DNA of 64,000 nt, from positions 769,615 to 833,614 of the forward strand of contig CAVSNU010000005.1 in assembly GCA_963729445.1 (NCBI GenBank). The letters run 5' to 3'. Source of the stretch: an uncultured Chloroflexia bacterium. GTDB taxonomy: Bacteria; Chloroflexota; Chloroflexia; Thermomicrobiales; CFX8. Made by a program: the position numbers and the translations under genes. The notes under the pieces were generated by a model. That model saw nothing but the letters and a program-made list of their open reading frames with translations. It was not told the origin of the DNA and ran no database searches. Shown here piece by piece: positions 49,285-58,481 of the stretch (the stretch's first letter is position 1; each line of letters starts with the position of its first letter).

Positions 49285-49344
49285 CGTCTTGGCATCCCCT
49301 CTCAGGTAGACGCTGGGGCGTCCTCAAACCACGTCCCGCTGCGG

Positions 49345-50992
49345 CTAGGTGGCCTTCAGCTTGAGGTTGTAGGCGCGCAGGTCGAACTCCTGGTTTCCGT
49401 TCGGCTGCCACTCGATGGAGTTCTGGACGCCGTAGAGCAGCTCGGGCTGGATGACTCGGAATCCAGGGGAAATGTTCGTCAAAGATCTCGACCATGCGGC
49501 GGTAGATCTCGTCGCGCCGCTCCTGGTCCAGGCTGTTGTGCGCCTCGGCGCCCAGCTCGTCGAACTCCGGTTCGCGCCAGTAGTCCTGTGGACCACCAGG
49601 GCCGAGTAGTCGCCACATCATCCCGTCAGGGTCGCCGACCGTCGACGTCGGATCCGACCACCACATCCCCTTGAAGCTCTTGTCGCGGTTCTTTTGTGCT
49701 CGTACCGTGAACTGGATAACCTCCTCGACCGCGTTGATACCGACGTCTCGCCACATGGCGACGATCGCGTCGCTCATCGGCTTGTCGTTGGCCGTATAGC
49801 CGTCAGTGGTCTCCAGATAGATCGGCTCATTGTCATAGCCGGCTTGCTGCAGGAGGTCCCGCGCCGCGTCCGGGTCGTACGCGTAGGGCGGCTTGTCCGG
49901 GTCGTAGCCGATGGTGTCACCCTTGGCGATGGGACTATTGGGCACGCTGCCCATGCCGCGCCATAGCTCTTGCACGATCGCCTCACGGTCGATCGCCAGG
50001 CTCAGCGCCTGCTTGATCAGGGGGTTGTCGAGCGGCGCGACCTTTGAGTTTACCGCCAGCACATACAGCCCGGCGTAGGGCACGCTCGCGACCTGGGCGT
50101 TCTCACTCTCGTTCACCTGCTCGACCGTGTCCGGCGTCAGATTCACCACGATGTCGCTTTCCCCGGCCAAGAGCGAGGCCACGCGCGAGGACAGTTCGGG
50201 GAGCGGCTTGTATATAACGGTATCGAAGGCGATCGGGCCATCCCAATAGTCTGCGTTCGCCTCCAGGGTCAGATGATCGTCTTTGACCCATTCCACGAAC
50301 TTGACCGGGCCGCTCCCGATCGGCTTGGCGTTGAACTCGTCCGGGCCGACCTCCTCGAAATACTTCTTCGGCATGATCTGGCCGCCGTAGAACGCCAGGC
50401 GGGCATCAAGCAGGGGATCCGGCTCTTTCGTGATGAAGCGTACCGTGTAGTCGTCCGGGGTTTCGATGCTCTCGACGGAGGTGAAGACCGTCGCGACCAG
50501 CGTCTCGGCCTCAGGGTCGTAGGTGCGCTCGATGGTGAATTTGACGTCTGCCGAGGTGAGAGGATCGCCGTTGTGGAACGTGACGTCGTCGCGCAGCTTG
50601 AACTCCCAGGTGTTGTCGTCGATCGTCGCCCATTCGGTGGCCAGCATCGGGTGCAGCTGGCCGTCCGGGCGCCGGGCGACGAGGTTGTCGAACAGGTTGA
50701 AGCTGTACTGAATATCATTCAGTGAGGTACTGAGTTGCGGGTTGAGCACGGAGATATCACCGGCGGTGCCGATTGTCAACGTGTTCGTGGCGGTGTCGCT
50801 TGGGGCGGTAGCGTCTCCAGCGGTGGTCGGCTGCGCGCCGCTTGCGGGCTCGGTCGCGGTGGACTCCGAGTCGCCGCAAGCGACCAGGGCGGCGCTCGTG
50901 GCAGCCAACGCGGTACCGACGAGGAAACGCCGTCGGTTCAACCGAGCCGATTGGAGACGCTGAAGATACTGAACCTTCGTTTCGAGATTCAT
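49345..50992 (-). pseudogene. Family-5 ABC substrate-binding lipoprotein with a +1 frame change at ~49456
   Basis: Signal ..LNRRRFLVGTALAATSAALVACG. The body runs intact to ..IFDEHFPWIP. The conserved tail VIQPELLYGVQNSIEWQPNGNQEFDLRAYNLKLKAT* lies in ORF 49345..49596. Removing the A in 'ccgAgtc' joins them. The 625-aa ORF tail that overlaps the permease is Arg/Gly/Pro-rich and looks non-coding. Confidence 0.8.
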
Positions 50993-51381
50993 CGCACCGC
51001 TCCTTTACATGATGATTGCGGTTGCATTGCCAGGTATGGCACTGCCTCGCTCTCCCCGGGTGGGATTCTCCGCAACGTTTTTGTCTACTCTGATTGGTCA
51101 AGATGATAGCACAGCTCGACAGGCATTCGTACACCATCCGTGGGATTCACCTGGCACATTCGCAATTTTGTACGTGTTGCGTTAATGGCTCGCAGGAAAT
51201 CATTCACTCGCTGGAATCGAAATCCTGGCTAGCAGTCTTCACCGCATGAGCCGTTAGTCTGGTATTGTGGGCCGATCAGTCGGTGTTCCACCAATCCACG
51301 ATGAGTTGGGGCTGCCGGCGTCTCGCTGCTCCACACGGTGAGTACAGCGTTGGCAGGCGGCGCATGGGAAAGGAGCAAACG

Positions 51382-52668
51382 ATGGTCACTCGTGCGAATG
51401 CGGGCTGGCTTGAGCGGGCGGACATTCTCGCGGGAGGCTCCCTGGCCGGGTTTCGCCTGCCGGCCGAGGTCGACTTCGTCGTCGAGCGCGCGGCCGGCGC
51501 CCACCTCTGGGACGTCAACGGGCAGGAGTACATCGACTTCGTCCTCGGCTCAGGGCCGATGATCCTGGGGCACGCGCACCCCGCCGTCGTGGCGGCCGTG
51601 CAGGAGGCGCTTCCGCAGGGCTCGACCTACTACGCACTCAACCGCTACGCGATCGAGCTTGCCGAAGCAATCGCTGACGCGGTCGCCTGCGCGGAGCGCG
51701 TCAAATTCATGTCCACCGGCGCCGAGGCCACGATGTACGCGATCCGGTTGGCGCGAGCGGCGACCGGGCGGTCGAAAGTCCTGAAATTCGAGGGCGGCTA
51801 TCACGGCAGCCACGACGCGGCCATGATGAGTTTTGCGCCTGCCGCGCCTGGCTCTGGATCAGCGCCCGTGCCGGACTCGGCCGGCATCCCCGAAGGCGTC
51901 CGGGCCGATGTGCTGATCGCCCCCTACAACGACGATGAGCTGACGGAGGTGGTGGCGCGCACCCACCGGGATGATCTGGCCGCCATCATTGTCGAGCCGC
52001 AGCAGCGCACCATCCCGCCGAAGCCGGACTTCTTGCCCGCGCTGCGGCAGATCGCCGATGACGTCGGCGCCCTGCTCATCTTCGATGAGGTCGTCACCGG
52101 GTTCCGGCTGGCGTACGGCGGCGCCCAGGCCTACTATGGCGTCACCCCCGACCTGGCCACCTACGGGAAGATCATCGGCGGCGGGTTCCCGCTGTCGGCG
52201 ATCGCCGGCCGGGCCGACATCCTCGATCTCTCGGATGCACGCCGCAAGCGCGATCCGAGCTATGTACACATCAGCGGCACGCTGAGCGGGAACCCGATCG
52301 CCGCGGTCGCGGGTTTGGCGACGCTTGCCCAGCTGCGTGAGCCAGGCGTCTACGAACGCCTGGCTGAGGTCGGCGAGCGCCTGCGCGCGGGCCTGGCTGC
52401 CGCGGCAGCTGCACGTGCGCTACCACTGCAGGTCGTGGGCGAAGGCCCGCTCGCCGCGGTCCACTTCACCGAGCAACCGATTGGTTCGTATCGCGATGTC
52501 CTGACCGGCGACCGGACCCTCATGACGCAGGTCAACACCGGCCTGGTCAAGCGCGGGGTCCTGGTGCAGCTCGCGTCCAAGTTCTACCTGTCGCTGGCGC
52601 ATACCGATGAGGACATCGATACCGGCGTCAGCGCGTTCGAGGCAGCGTTGGCCGAGGCGCGGCCGTGA
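51382..52668 (+). CDS. Class-III (PLP) aminotransferase, glutamate-1-semialdehyde aminomutase-like (paralog of 7641..9017)
   Basis: AAAGGAG RBS: ..DFVLGSGPMILGHAHPAV..FMSTGAEATMYAIRLAR..LIFDEVVTGFR..TYGKIIGGGFPLSA... The ORF opens at 51265. Confidence 0.85.
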   Translation: MVTRANAGWLERADILAGGSLAGFRLPAEVDFVVERAAGAHLWDVNGQEYIDFVLGSGPMILGHAHPAVVAAVQEALPQGSTYYALNRYAIELAEAIADAVACAERVKFMSTGAEATMYAIRLARAATGRSKVLKFEGGYHGSHDAAMMSFAPAAPGSGSAPVPDSAGIPEGVRADVLIAPYNDDELTEVVARTHRDDLAAIIVEPQQRTIPPKPDFLPALRQIADDVGALLIFDEVVTGFRLAYGGAQAYYGVTPDLATYGKIIGGGFPLSAIAGRADILDLSDARRKRDPSYVHISGTLSGNPIAAVAGLATLAQLREPGVYERLAEVGERLRAGLAAAAAARALPLQVVGEGPLAAVHFTEQPIGSYRDVLTGDRTLMTQVNTGLVKRGVLVQLASKFYLSLAHTDEDIDTGVSAFEAALAEARP

Positions 52669-52767
52669 CGTGGGCGCCGTCGCGGTCTTCGACATGGGGC
52701 CCGGAGACGATGCTGCGGCTGACGCCGGATTGACCTCTGGTTGGGAAGGGAAGGGAAGGGACTGCCG

Positions 52768-53160
52768 ATGGATGAGCGCTATGCCACCGGTTTGAGCATT
52801 CGCCGCGAGGTGCTCGGTGAGGAGTACGTCGATAACGCGCTGAAGAACGTGGACGACTTCAACCGCGACTTCCAGCAGCTAGTCACCGAGTACTGCTGGG
52901 GCGCCACATGGGGTGGTGAAGGCCTGGACCGCAAGCAACGCAGTCTCAACGTCCTCTGCATCCTGGCGGCGCTCAACCGGCCGCAGGAGTTCGAGCTCCA
53001 TTTCAGGGGCGCGCTGCGCAACGGCTGCACGCTCGACGAGCTGCGCGAGACGTTGCACCACATCGCCATCTACGCCGGGGTGCCGGCGGGCGTCGAGGCG
53101 TTTCGCCTTGCCCGCAAGGTGCTCTCGGAGCACGCACCGTCCGAGCCGGCCTCGGACTGA
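52768..53160 (+). CDS. Carboxymuconolactone decarboxylase (CMD/PcaC-like) family protein
   Basis: MDERYATGLSIRREVLGEEYV..TEYCWGATWG..LDRKQRSLNVLCILAAL..LRETLHHIAIYAGVPAG.. Confidence 0.8.
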   Translation: MDERYATGLSIRREVLGEEYVDNALKNVDDFNRDFQQLVTEYCWGATWGGEGLDRKQRSLNVLCILAALNRPQEFELHFRGALRNGCTLDELRETLHHIAIYAGVPAGVEAFRLARKVLSEHAPSEPASD

Positions 53161-53171
53161 TCGCCGAACAG

Positions 53172-53199
53172 ACGAGGGACCCCTGCAGGGGTCCCTCGT
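53172..53199. terminator. Hairpin with a perfect 12-bp stem (ACGAGGGACCCC / GGGGTCCCTCGT) and a 4-nt loop, between convergent genes
   Basis: Read from the sequence. Confidence 0.6.
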
Positions 53200-53237
53200 G
53201 CTCGGATTGGTTCGTGGATTGTGCCCGTTTGCCCGCC

Positions 53238-53684
53238 TTAGAACCGCTCGGTGGGCGAGGCAGCAGCCGGGACGTCGCGGACGACGATGGTGTTGGCCAC
53301 CCGGTCGCCCAGACGCTGCTTGGTGGGGCTGGTCCAAACGAGGATCGCGGCGACCAGATACGAGAAGAGGCCATCGATGAGGCGGAACACGTTCCGAATC
53401 ACGGCCTCACGCATCGTGATCGGGGAGCCGTCCACCTTCACCACCTTGAGCTTCAAGAGGCGTTTCCCAAGCGTTGCTCCGGACGTGCCCTCCATCAGAA
53501 TGAAGTAGGCCAGGTAGAGCAGTGTAAAGAGGAAGTTGACGCCGACCGCCGGCCCGTCGGTCGCTTCGAAATCCCCTCCACTTCCGATGGCGAACACAAA
53601 CAGGATGCAACAGGCCCCCAGGGCGAAGATCAGCGAATCAATAATGACCGCGATTGCGCGCGGCCCCACACCAACCGGCTCCAT
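53238..53684 (-). CDS. RDD-family membrane protein
   Basis: 148 aa: ..PRAIAVIIDSLIFALG..GATLGKRLLKLKVV..REAVIRNVFRLIDGLF.. Confidence 0.7.
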   Translation of the reverse strand: MEPVGVGPRAIAVIIDSLIFALGACCILFVFAIGSGGDFEATDGPAVGVNFLFTLLYLAYFILMEGTSGATLGKRLLKLKVVKVDGSPITMREAVIRNVFRLIDGLFSYLVAAILVWTSPTKQRLGDRVANTIVVRDVPAAASPTERF

Positions 53685-53818
53685 ACGGAATCCCCCGCTC
53701 TCCCAATCTACCCTCGAACGGCGTGACAGCTAAGGACTCGCGAGAGCGAGTCCGTCGGTGCCCATGCCGACATAACCCAGATAGAGTACGTGCGCCAGTA
53801 CGTACGGTCAATAGGTCA

Positions 53819-55012
53819 TTAGCCCCACATGCGCCGTACGAGATGGCGGTAGTGCTTTGGGTACCAGCCCAGGGCCGTGATCGGGCCTTTTCCGGGGTAG
53901 CCGGCAGAGGCGAGCTGGCTCGGTGTTGGAGCGACCGTCGCCGCGAGCATGCGCAACCGTTCCGTGGAAGAGCCGGCCCACAGGTCGAGCCGGTCGAGGA
54001 CGCCACGATGCTCGCGGCCGGCCCAGGAGATGTCCTGGAAGCCCACCCTGCTGAGCCAGGCTGCGAGCGCGGCAGTGACATGGGGACGCAGCTCGGCCTC
54101 ATAGTGACCTAGTGTGGGATGGGCGGTCCAGCGTGCCGCAAGAGCGACGGCGGGGTAGACAAAACGGGCGCGCCGCTCGATCCCCGACTTCTCGACGGCC
54201 GTGCGGATCGACGTGACGCCACCCGCCAGATCGACGGCCCGCGCGAAGTCAAAGATGTGAATCATGCGGGCGGTTCCTTCGAGGATCGCGATTGAGAGAT
54301 GCACGGCCAGGTGGAGAGCCATCGCCTGGGGGGACGGGACGGTGGCGTCGTCGACGTGCTGCAGGTTATTGGTGATCCAGGGGGTGATGTCCCAACGGAA
54401 GCCACGGAACATCTCGGTTACTGCACTATGCGACTCGACGTCGCGCGGGTTGCCGGGGTGTTCGCCATCGGTGTCGAGGGGCCGGTCAGCGGCGTCGCAC
54501 GGTCCATAGGTGCGGTGTTTCCAGGACTGACCGTGCAGGCAGTAGCCGGCGTGGGCGAACGCAAGATCGATCTCTCGCTCGCTGGGATGTCGCACCAGGA
54601 CGTCCAGATCGGCCATCGGCCGCCAGCTCACCCCGGCAAGGTCATCGAGGATCATCGCACTGCCTTTGAGCGGCACAATCGTGATGCCGGCACGGTCAAA
54701 AGCGTCGAGCGTGACGAGGAGCTCGTCACGCATGAGCTTGAGACGAGCCAGGTTACGCTGCGCTTGCTCGATGAACCAGGCATCCAGCTCGGCGCCAAAC
54801 GAGATCCGCCCGTCGCGGACACGCTGACCCATGATCGGAGCGATACCCTGAATTCCACACGCGAGCTGTGTGCTCTCAAGTGGGAGGCGGGCCGGCGCGG
54901 AACGAGGTGGCTGATCCTCGTTGAACAGCATGGTGGCGAGCGTGGCGGTCGTGTCGCGGAACACCTCGCGGTCGAGGTGGCTCCAGGTATCAATCACTGG
55001 CGGCATGGTCAC
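53819..55012 (-). CDS. Uncharacterised nucleotidyltransferase-family protein (NTP_transf_5-like)
   Basis: 397 aa: ..IVPLKGSAMILDDLAGVSWRPMADLDVLV.. matches the remembered pattern of that family. Last gene of the GT operon, with a 23-nt overlap. Confidence 0.5.
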   Translation of the reverse strand: MTMPPVIDTWSHLDREVFRDTTATLATMLFNEDQPPRSAPARLPLESTQLACGIQGIAPIMGQRVRDGRISFGAELDAWFIEQAQRNLARLKLMRDELLVTLDAFDRAGITIVPLKGSAMILDDLAGVSWRPMADLDVLVRHPSEREIDLAFAHAGYCLHGQSWKHRTYGPCDAADRPLDTDGEHPGNPRDVESHSAVTEMFRGFRWDITPWITNNLQHVDDATVPSPQAMALHLAVHLSIAILEGTARMIHIFDFARAVDLAGGVTSIRTAVEKSGIERRARFVYPAVALAARWTAHPTLGHYEAELRPHVTAALAAWLSRVGFQDISWAGREHRGVLDRLDLWAGSSTERLRMLAATVAPTPSQLASAGYPGKGPITALGWYPKHYRHLVRRMWG

Positions 55013-56210
55013 GCTTTCCCAGGAGCATTGGCTTGCGGCGCTGTCGCTGGTCCGTCAGGACTTCTTCAGCCAGGCCGAGGTATTCAGCCGCAACGCGATC
55101 CCAGTTATAGAGCTCGGTCGAGCGCTTTGCGGCAAGCTGTCCGAGCGCCCGCACCTCGTCAGGCGAATGACGTGCCCACTGCATGAGATTCGCCAACTCG
55201 TGCACGTCTGAGTAGTAACGCACGGTGTCTCCGCCGACGGCGCGATTGTCCGGCGTGTCGCGGGCCAGGACACAGTTTCCACACGCCATGGCCTCGATCA
55301 GGGCCGGGTGGGTGCCGCCGGAAGCCACCGGAAAAATGTAGGCATAGGCAAAGTGGTTGAGCTCCCAGTAGCCGGAGCCGTAGATCGCTCCAGTCAGTCG
55401 CGCGTTGGCGTTCGCGCCCTTCCGGAGCAATTGTTTGTACCCATCGGCGTAGGGCGCGTCGCCGACGATCACGGTGGGCATGTCCAGCTTTGCCAGGGCG
55501 GTCGCTTCTACCAGGTCAGTGACCCGATTCTCCGGTTCAAGCCGACCGACGTACAAGAAATAGTGGCATGGGTCGAGATCGTGCTCCTCCAGCGTGCCGT
55601 TCATCTCGGCCGGGCCGGAGGTGGCGCCGTAGGGGATGTAGCAGAGGTCGACGCCGCGGTGTGCGCGGTAATAATCCTGGACGTTGCGCGAGTCGGTGAT
55701 CGTGCGGTGGGCGACCTTCACCGAGACGCGCTCGGCTATTTTGAGCATCCGTTTCGCCCAGCCGGGCCACTTGTCGCGCTGCCAGTCGAGCCCGTCCACG
55801 TTCAGGATCACCGGCATTCTGCCGAGCCGCAAGAGTCCACACACCGGGCTATTTCCGACGCCAAACATGAAGACCACGTCGTAACGTGTGAACAACGCAT
55901 GCGCGGCGGAGAGCGTGGAGTGCACGATGGTATCGAGGTATTTCTGCCTGATCGTTGGCAACTTCACCAGCCGCACGCCTCGATAGGTGTCGTAGGGAAC
56001 ATCGATTTGCGGAGTGCGGCAGTAGACGCTGACGTCGTGGCCGAGCGCGGCGAAGCGCGGCGCCAGCTCCTCGACGCAGGTTTCGAAACCGCCATAGTTC
56101 GCAGGTATGCCGCGTGTGCCGAGCAGGGCAATTCGCAAAGCCTCTATCCCTTCGCAACGCGGCGTAGCGCATGTTGCCGCCCGGGTCTCGCCTCCAGGCG
56201 GCGCCGTCAT
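54990..56210 (-). CDS. Glycosyltransferase (GT4-like with a DUF1972-type N-terminus)
   Basis: ..RIALLGTRGIPANYGGFETCVEELAPRFAALGHDVSVYC..; C-terminal ..GGTHPALIEAMACGNCVLA.. Confidence 0.8.
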   Translation of the reverse strand: MTAPPGGETRAATCATPRCEGIEALRIALLGTRGIPANYGGFETCVEELAPRFAALGHDVSVYCRTPQIDVPYDTYRGVRLVKLPTIRQKYLDTIVHSTLSAAHALFTRYDVVFMFGVGNSPVCGLLRLGRMPVILNVDGLDWQRDKWPGWAKRMLKIAERVSVKVAHRTITDSRNVQDYYRAHRGVDLCYIPYGATSGPAEMNGTLEEHDLDPCHYFLYVGRLEPENRVTDLVEATALAKLDMPTVIVGDAPYADGYKQLLRKGANANARLTGAIYGSGYWELNHFAYAYIFPVASGGTHPALIEAMACGNCVLARDTPDNRAVGGDTVRYYSDVHELANLMQWARHSPDEVRALGQLAAKRSTELYNWDRVAAEYLGLAEEVLTDQRQRRKPMLLGKRDHAASD

Positions 56211-56215
56211 GGGTT

Positions 56216-57334
56216 TTACGCTTGGAGCTCGGAATAGGTTTGCAGAAACGCCATTACGTAGCGATCGGCATTGTAGCGTTCCCGGGCAGCACGCCGTGCG
56301 TTCTCCGCCAGCTCGGCGCGGAATCCTGAGTCCTCGATGACTCGTTGCAGAGCGTCGGAGATTGAGCCGGGATCACGCCCGCAGTACAGGCCGGTGACGC
56401 CGTCAATCAGGATTTCATCGCTGCCGCCTCCGTTGCGGGTGGCGACGACCGCGCAGCCGGCCGCCATGCCCTCGACGATAGCCAGCCCGAATGGTTCGGG
56501 ACGTTGTGACGGCACGAGCAGAATGTCGCTGCTCAGGTAGGCGGCAGCGGGATCGCACGTCTCGCCCGTGAAGGTCGTAATCGAATCGATGCCCAGCTCG
56601 TGAGCCAGTTGCTCATACTCGGCCCTGAGCTTTTGTTGTCCGGGCGGCGCGTCCCCAGTGAACGTGAGACGGAACTCCAGGCCGCGCAACGCCAGCATGG
56701 CCGCCGCTTGTAGCGCCTCAGCGACGCCCTTGCGCGGCGAGAGCCGCCCGACGACACCGATGACCGGGGGATTCGTCCGGATGCGGTCGCCGTCTATCGC
56801 GACGAAAACGGCGTTGTGGACGACCCGAGTCCTCGGTGAGCCGATCGAGCGGGCTGTTGCCTGCGAGTTGGCGACGACCAGACCAGGCAACCGCCTGAGC
56901 AGCAGCCGTAAGGGCACGCGGACGATGAATGGCTCGTCGCCCAGAAATTCGTGAACATGCCACAGGTGCGGTTTGCGCATGATGAGCGCGGCGAACACAC
57001 CACAGACAGCGGCGACTGTATTGGAGTGGACGAGCGTTACCCGTTCGCTACGCACGATTCTCGCAAGGGTCACAATACCGAGGAGGAACGCCAGCAGGGA
57101 GCTCGGGACTGCGCGCAGTTGCAGCTCATTGCGCCTCAAGACCAGCATCCGGCGCTTCAGAATGGTTGCGCCGCAGGCCGTGAGCTCGTGGGTGAGCGGG
57201 CCGGGGTGCGGAACGTCAGCCGGCAGAACGACGATGGCCCGGTAGCAGGAAGGCAATCCGCGCACGATTGCCAGCAGGCAGCGGTCAGAGCCATACAGCT
57301 CGTCGCTGGCGTGCACGAAGAGGATCGTCTTCAA
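56216..57334 (-). CDS. Glycosyltransferase family 4
   Basis: ..LVPSQRPEPFGLAIVEGMAAGCAVVATRNGG.. (E-x7-E-type motif). Confidence 0.85.
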   Translation of the reverse strand: MKTILFVHASDELYGSDRCLLAIVRGLPSCYRAIVVLPADVPHPGPLTHELTACGATILKRRMLVLRRNELQLRAVPSSLLAFLLGIVTLARIVRSERVTLVHSNTVAAVCGVFAALIMRKPHLWHVHEFLGDEPFIVRVPLRLLLRRLPGLVVANSQATARSIGSPRTRVVHNAVFVAIDGDRIRTNPPVIGVVGRLSPRKGVAEALQAAAMLALRGLEFRLTFTGDAPPGQQKLRAEYEQLAHELGIDSITTFTGETCDPAAAYLSSDILLVPSQRPEPFGLAIVEGMAAGCAVVATRNGGGSDEILIDGVTGLYCGRDPGSISDALQRVIEDSGFRAELAENARRAARERYNADRYVMAFLQTYSELQA

Positions 57335-58440
57335 CCACCCACACCCAACCGGCTGCGGAGCGTGGCCAGATAGACGTTCACGAGCTGGTCTGCGGCGCGT
57401 TCCCAGGTGAGGTCGCGGACCGCGAAGACCTCTGCGCTGGCCGCCTCGCGGGCCTTCAGGGGATCTCGCAGAATGGCCTCCAGCTCCCTCGCGAAGCCGT
57501 CAGCGTCGTCCGGCGGGACATAGCGAACGACCTCGCCACCGATTTCCAAGAGTGCCGGAATGGCGGAGGCAACCACTGGAGTTCCAAAAGTGAGCGCTTC
57601 GATCAGTGGCAAGCCAAATCCTTCGTGGCGCGAAGGCAGAATCAGCGCTTCGGCATACCGGTACAACCAGGCCAGCTGGCGGTCAGAAACCCCGGCGAGC
57701 ACTTTGAGCCAGGGCCGTTCTTCCGCGAGCTCCGCGCGTACCGATCCTGTGACGACCAGCGATGTGTTTGGTCGAGACTCGCGCAGCGTCTCGAATGCCG
57801 CAATTGCGGTGACCAGATTCTTGCGCGTTGAGTCGTCGCCTACAAACAGGACATAACGATTTGGCCCAACCGCCTCAACTGCGAGGGGCTCGACGTCGTG
57901 TAGATTCGTCGCGTTCCAGATGGCATGCATCTTCTCTGCCGGAATGCGGAACGACTCCACGATCTCGTCGCTTGCCGGCGCGCTCACGGTGACAACCGCA
58001 TCGGCACGCCGCGCTCCTATGCCGCCTATCGTCCGGACGTAGGCGCTCCAGAGGCGGGACGGCAGCAGGGGGCGCTGGAAATCGAGCGCATCATGCAGGG
58101 TCACGATTGTCGGACGCGGGGCGAACCACGGAGCGATGGTCATCGTATGGACGATATGGGCGTTACGAAGCACCGACGCAACCGGGATCCAGCCCTGACT
58201 CCACAGGAGATGGAGGAGACCGTTGAATGGAACGCGTAGCGACGGGGCCAGACGTTCAACGCGTGGCGCAGCGGTCGTGAAGACCTCCAGATCCGGGTCA
58301 TTTTGCAGGCAGCGCAACATCTCGCGCGTATACCGCCCGGTGCCATCCTGGCGATGGCAGTAGGTAACGTCGAACATCACCCGAACACGGGGCAAGGAAG
58401 AGCGTCCCTTGTGCTTTTTCATAACCGAGGTGTGTACCAC
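57331..58440 (-). CDS. Glycosyltransferase family 4/1
   Basis: ..ILPSRHEGFGLPLIEALTFGTPVVAS... 4-nt overlap with the next GT. Confidence 0.85.
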   Translation of the reverse strand: MVHTSVMKKHKGRSSLPRVRVMFDVTYCHRQDGTGRYTREMLRCLQNDPDLEVFTTAAPRVERLAPSLRVPFNGLLHLLWSQGWIPVASVLRNAHIVHTMTIAPWFAPRPTIVTLHDALDFQRPLLPSRLWSAYVRTIGGIGARRADAVVTVSAPASDEIVESFRIPAEKMHAIWNATNLHDVEPLAVEAVGPNRYVLFVGDDSTRKNLVTAIAAFETLRESRPNTSLVVTGSVRAELAEERPWLKVLAGVSDRQLAWLYRYAEALILPSRHEGFGLPLIEALTFGTPVVASAIPALLEIGGEVVRYVPPDDADGFARELEAILRDPLKAREAASAEVFAVRDLTWERAADQLVNVYLATLRSRLGVGG

Positions 58441-58481
58441 ATTTTCTCGCAGTAGTACAGGGTATCATCGCGTTACAAGGA

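Noticed and set aside
49115-49345. C-terminal 75 aa of the 625-aa SBP ORF overlapping the permease gene start
   Set aside because: This is an Arg/Gly/Pro-rich nonsense tail created by the frame change at ~49456. The conserved SBP C-terminus ends at the TAG at 49345-49347 in the adjacent frame.
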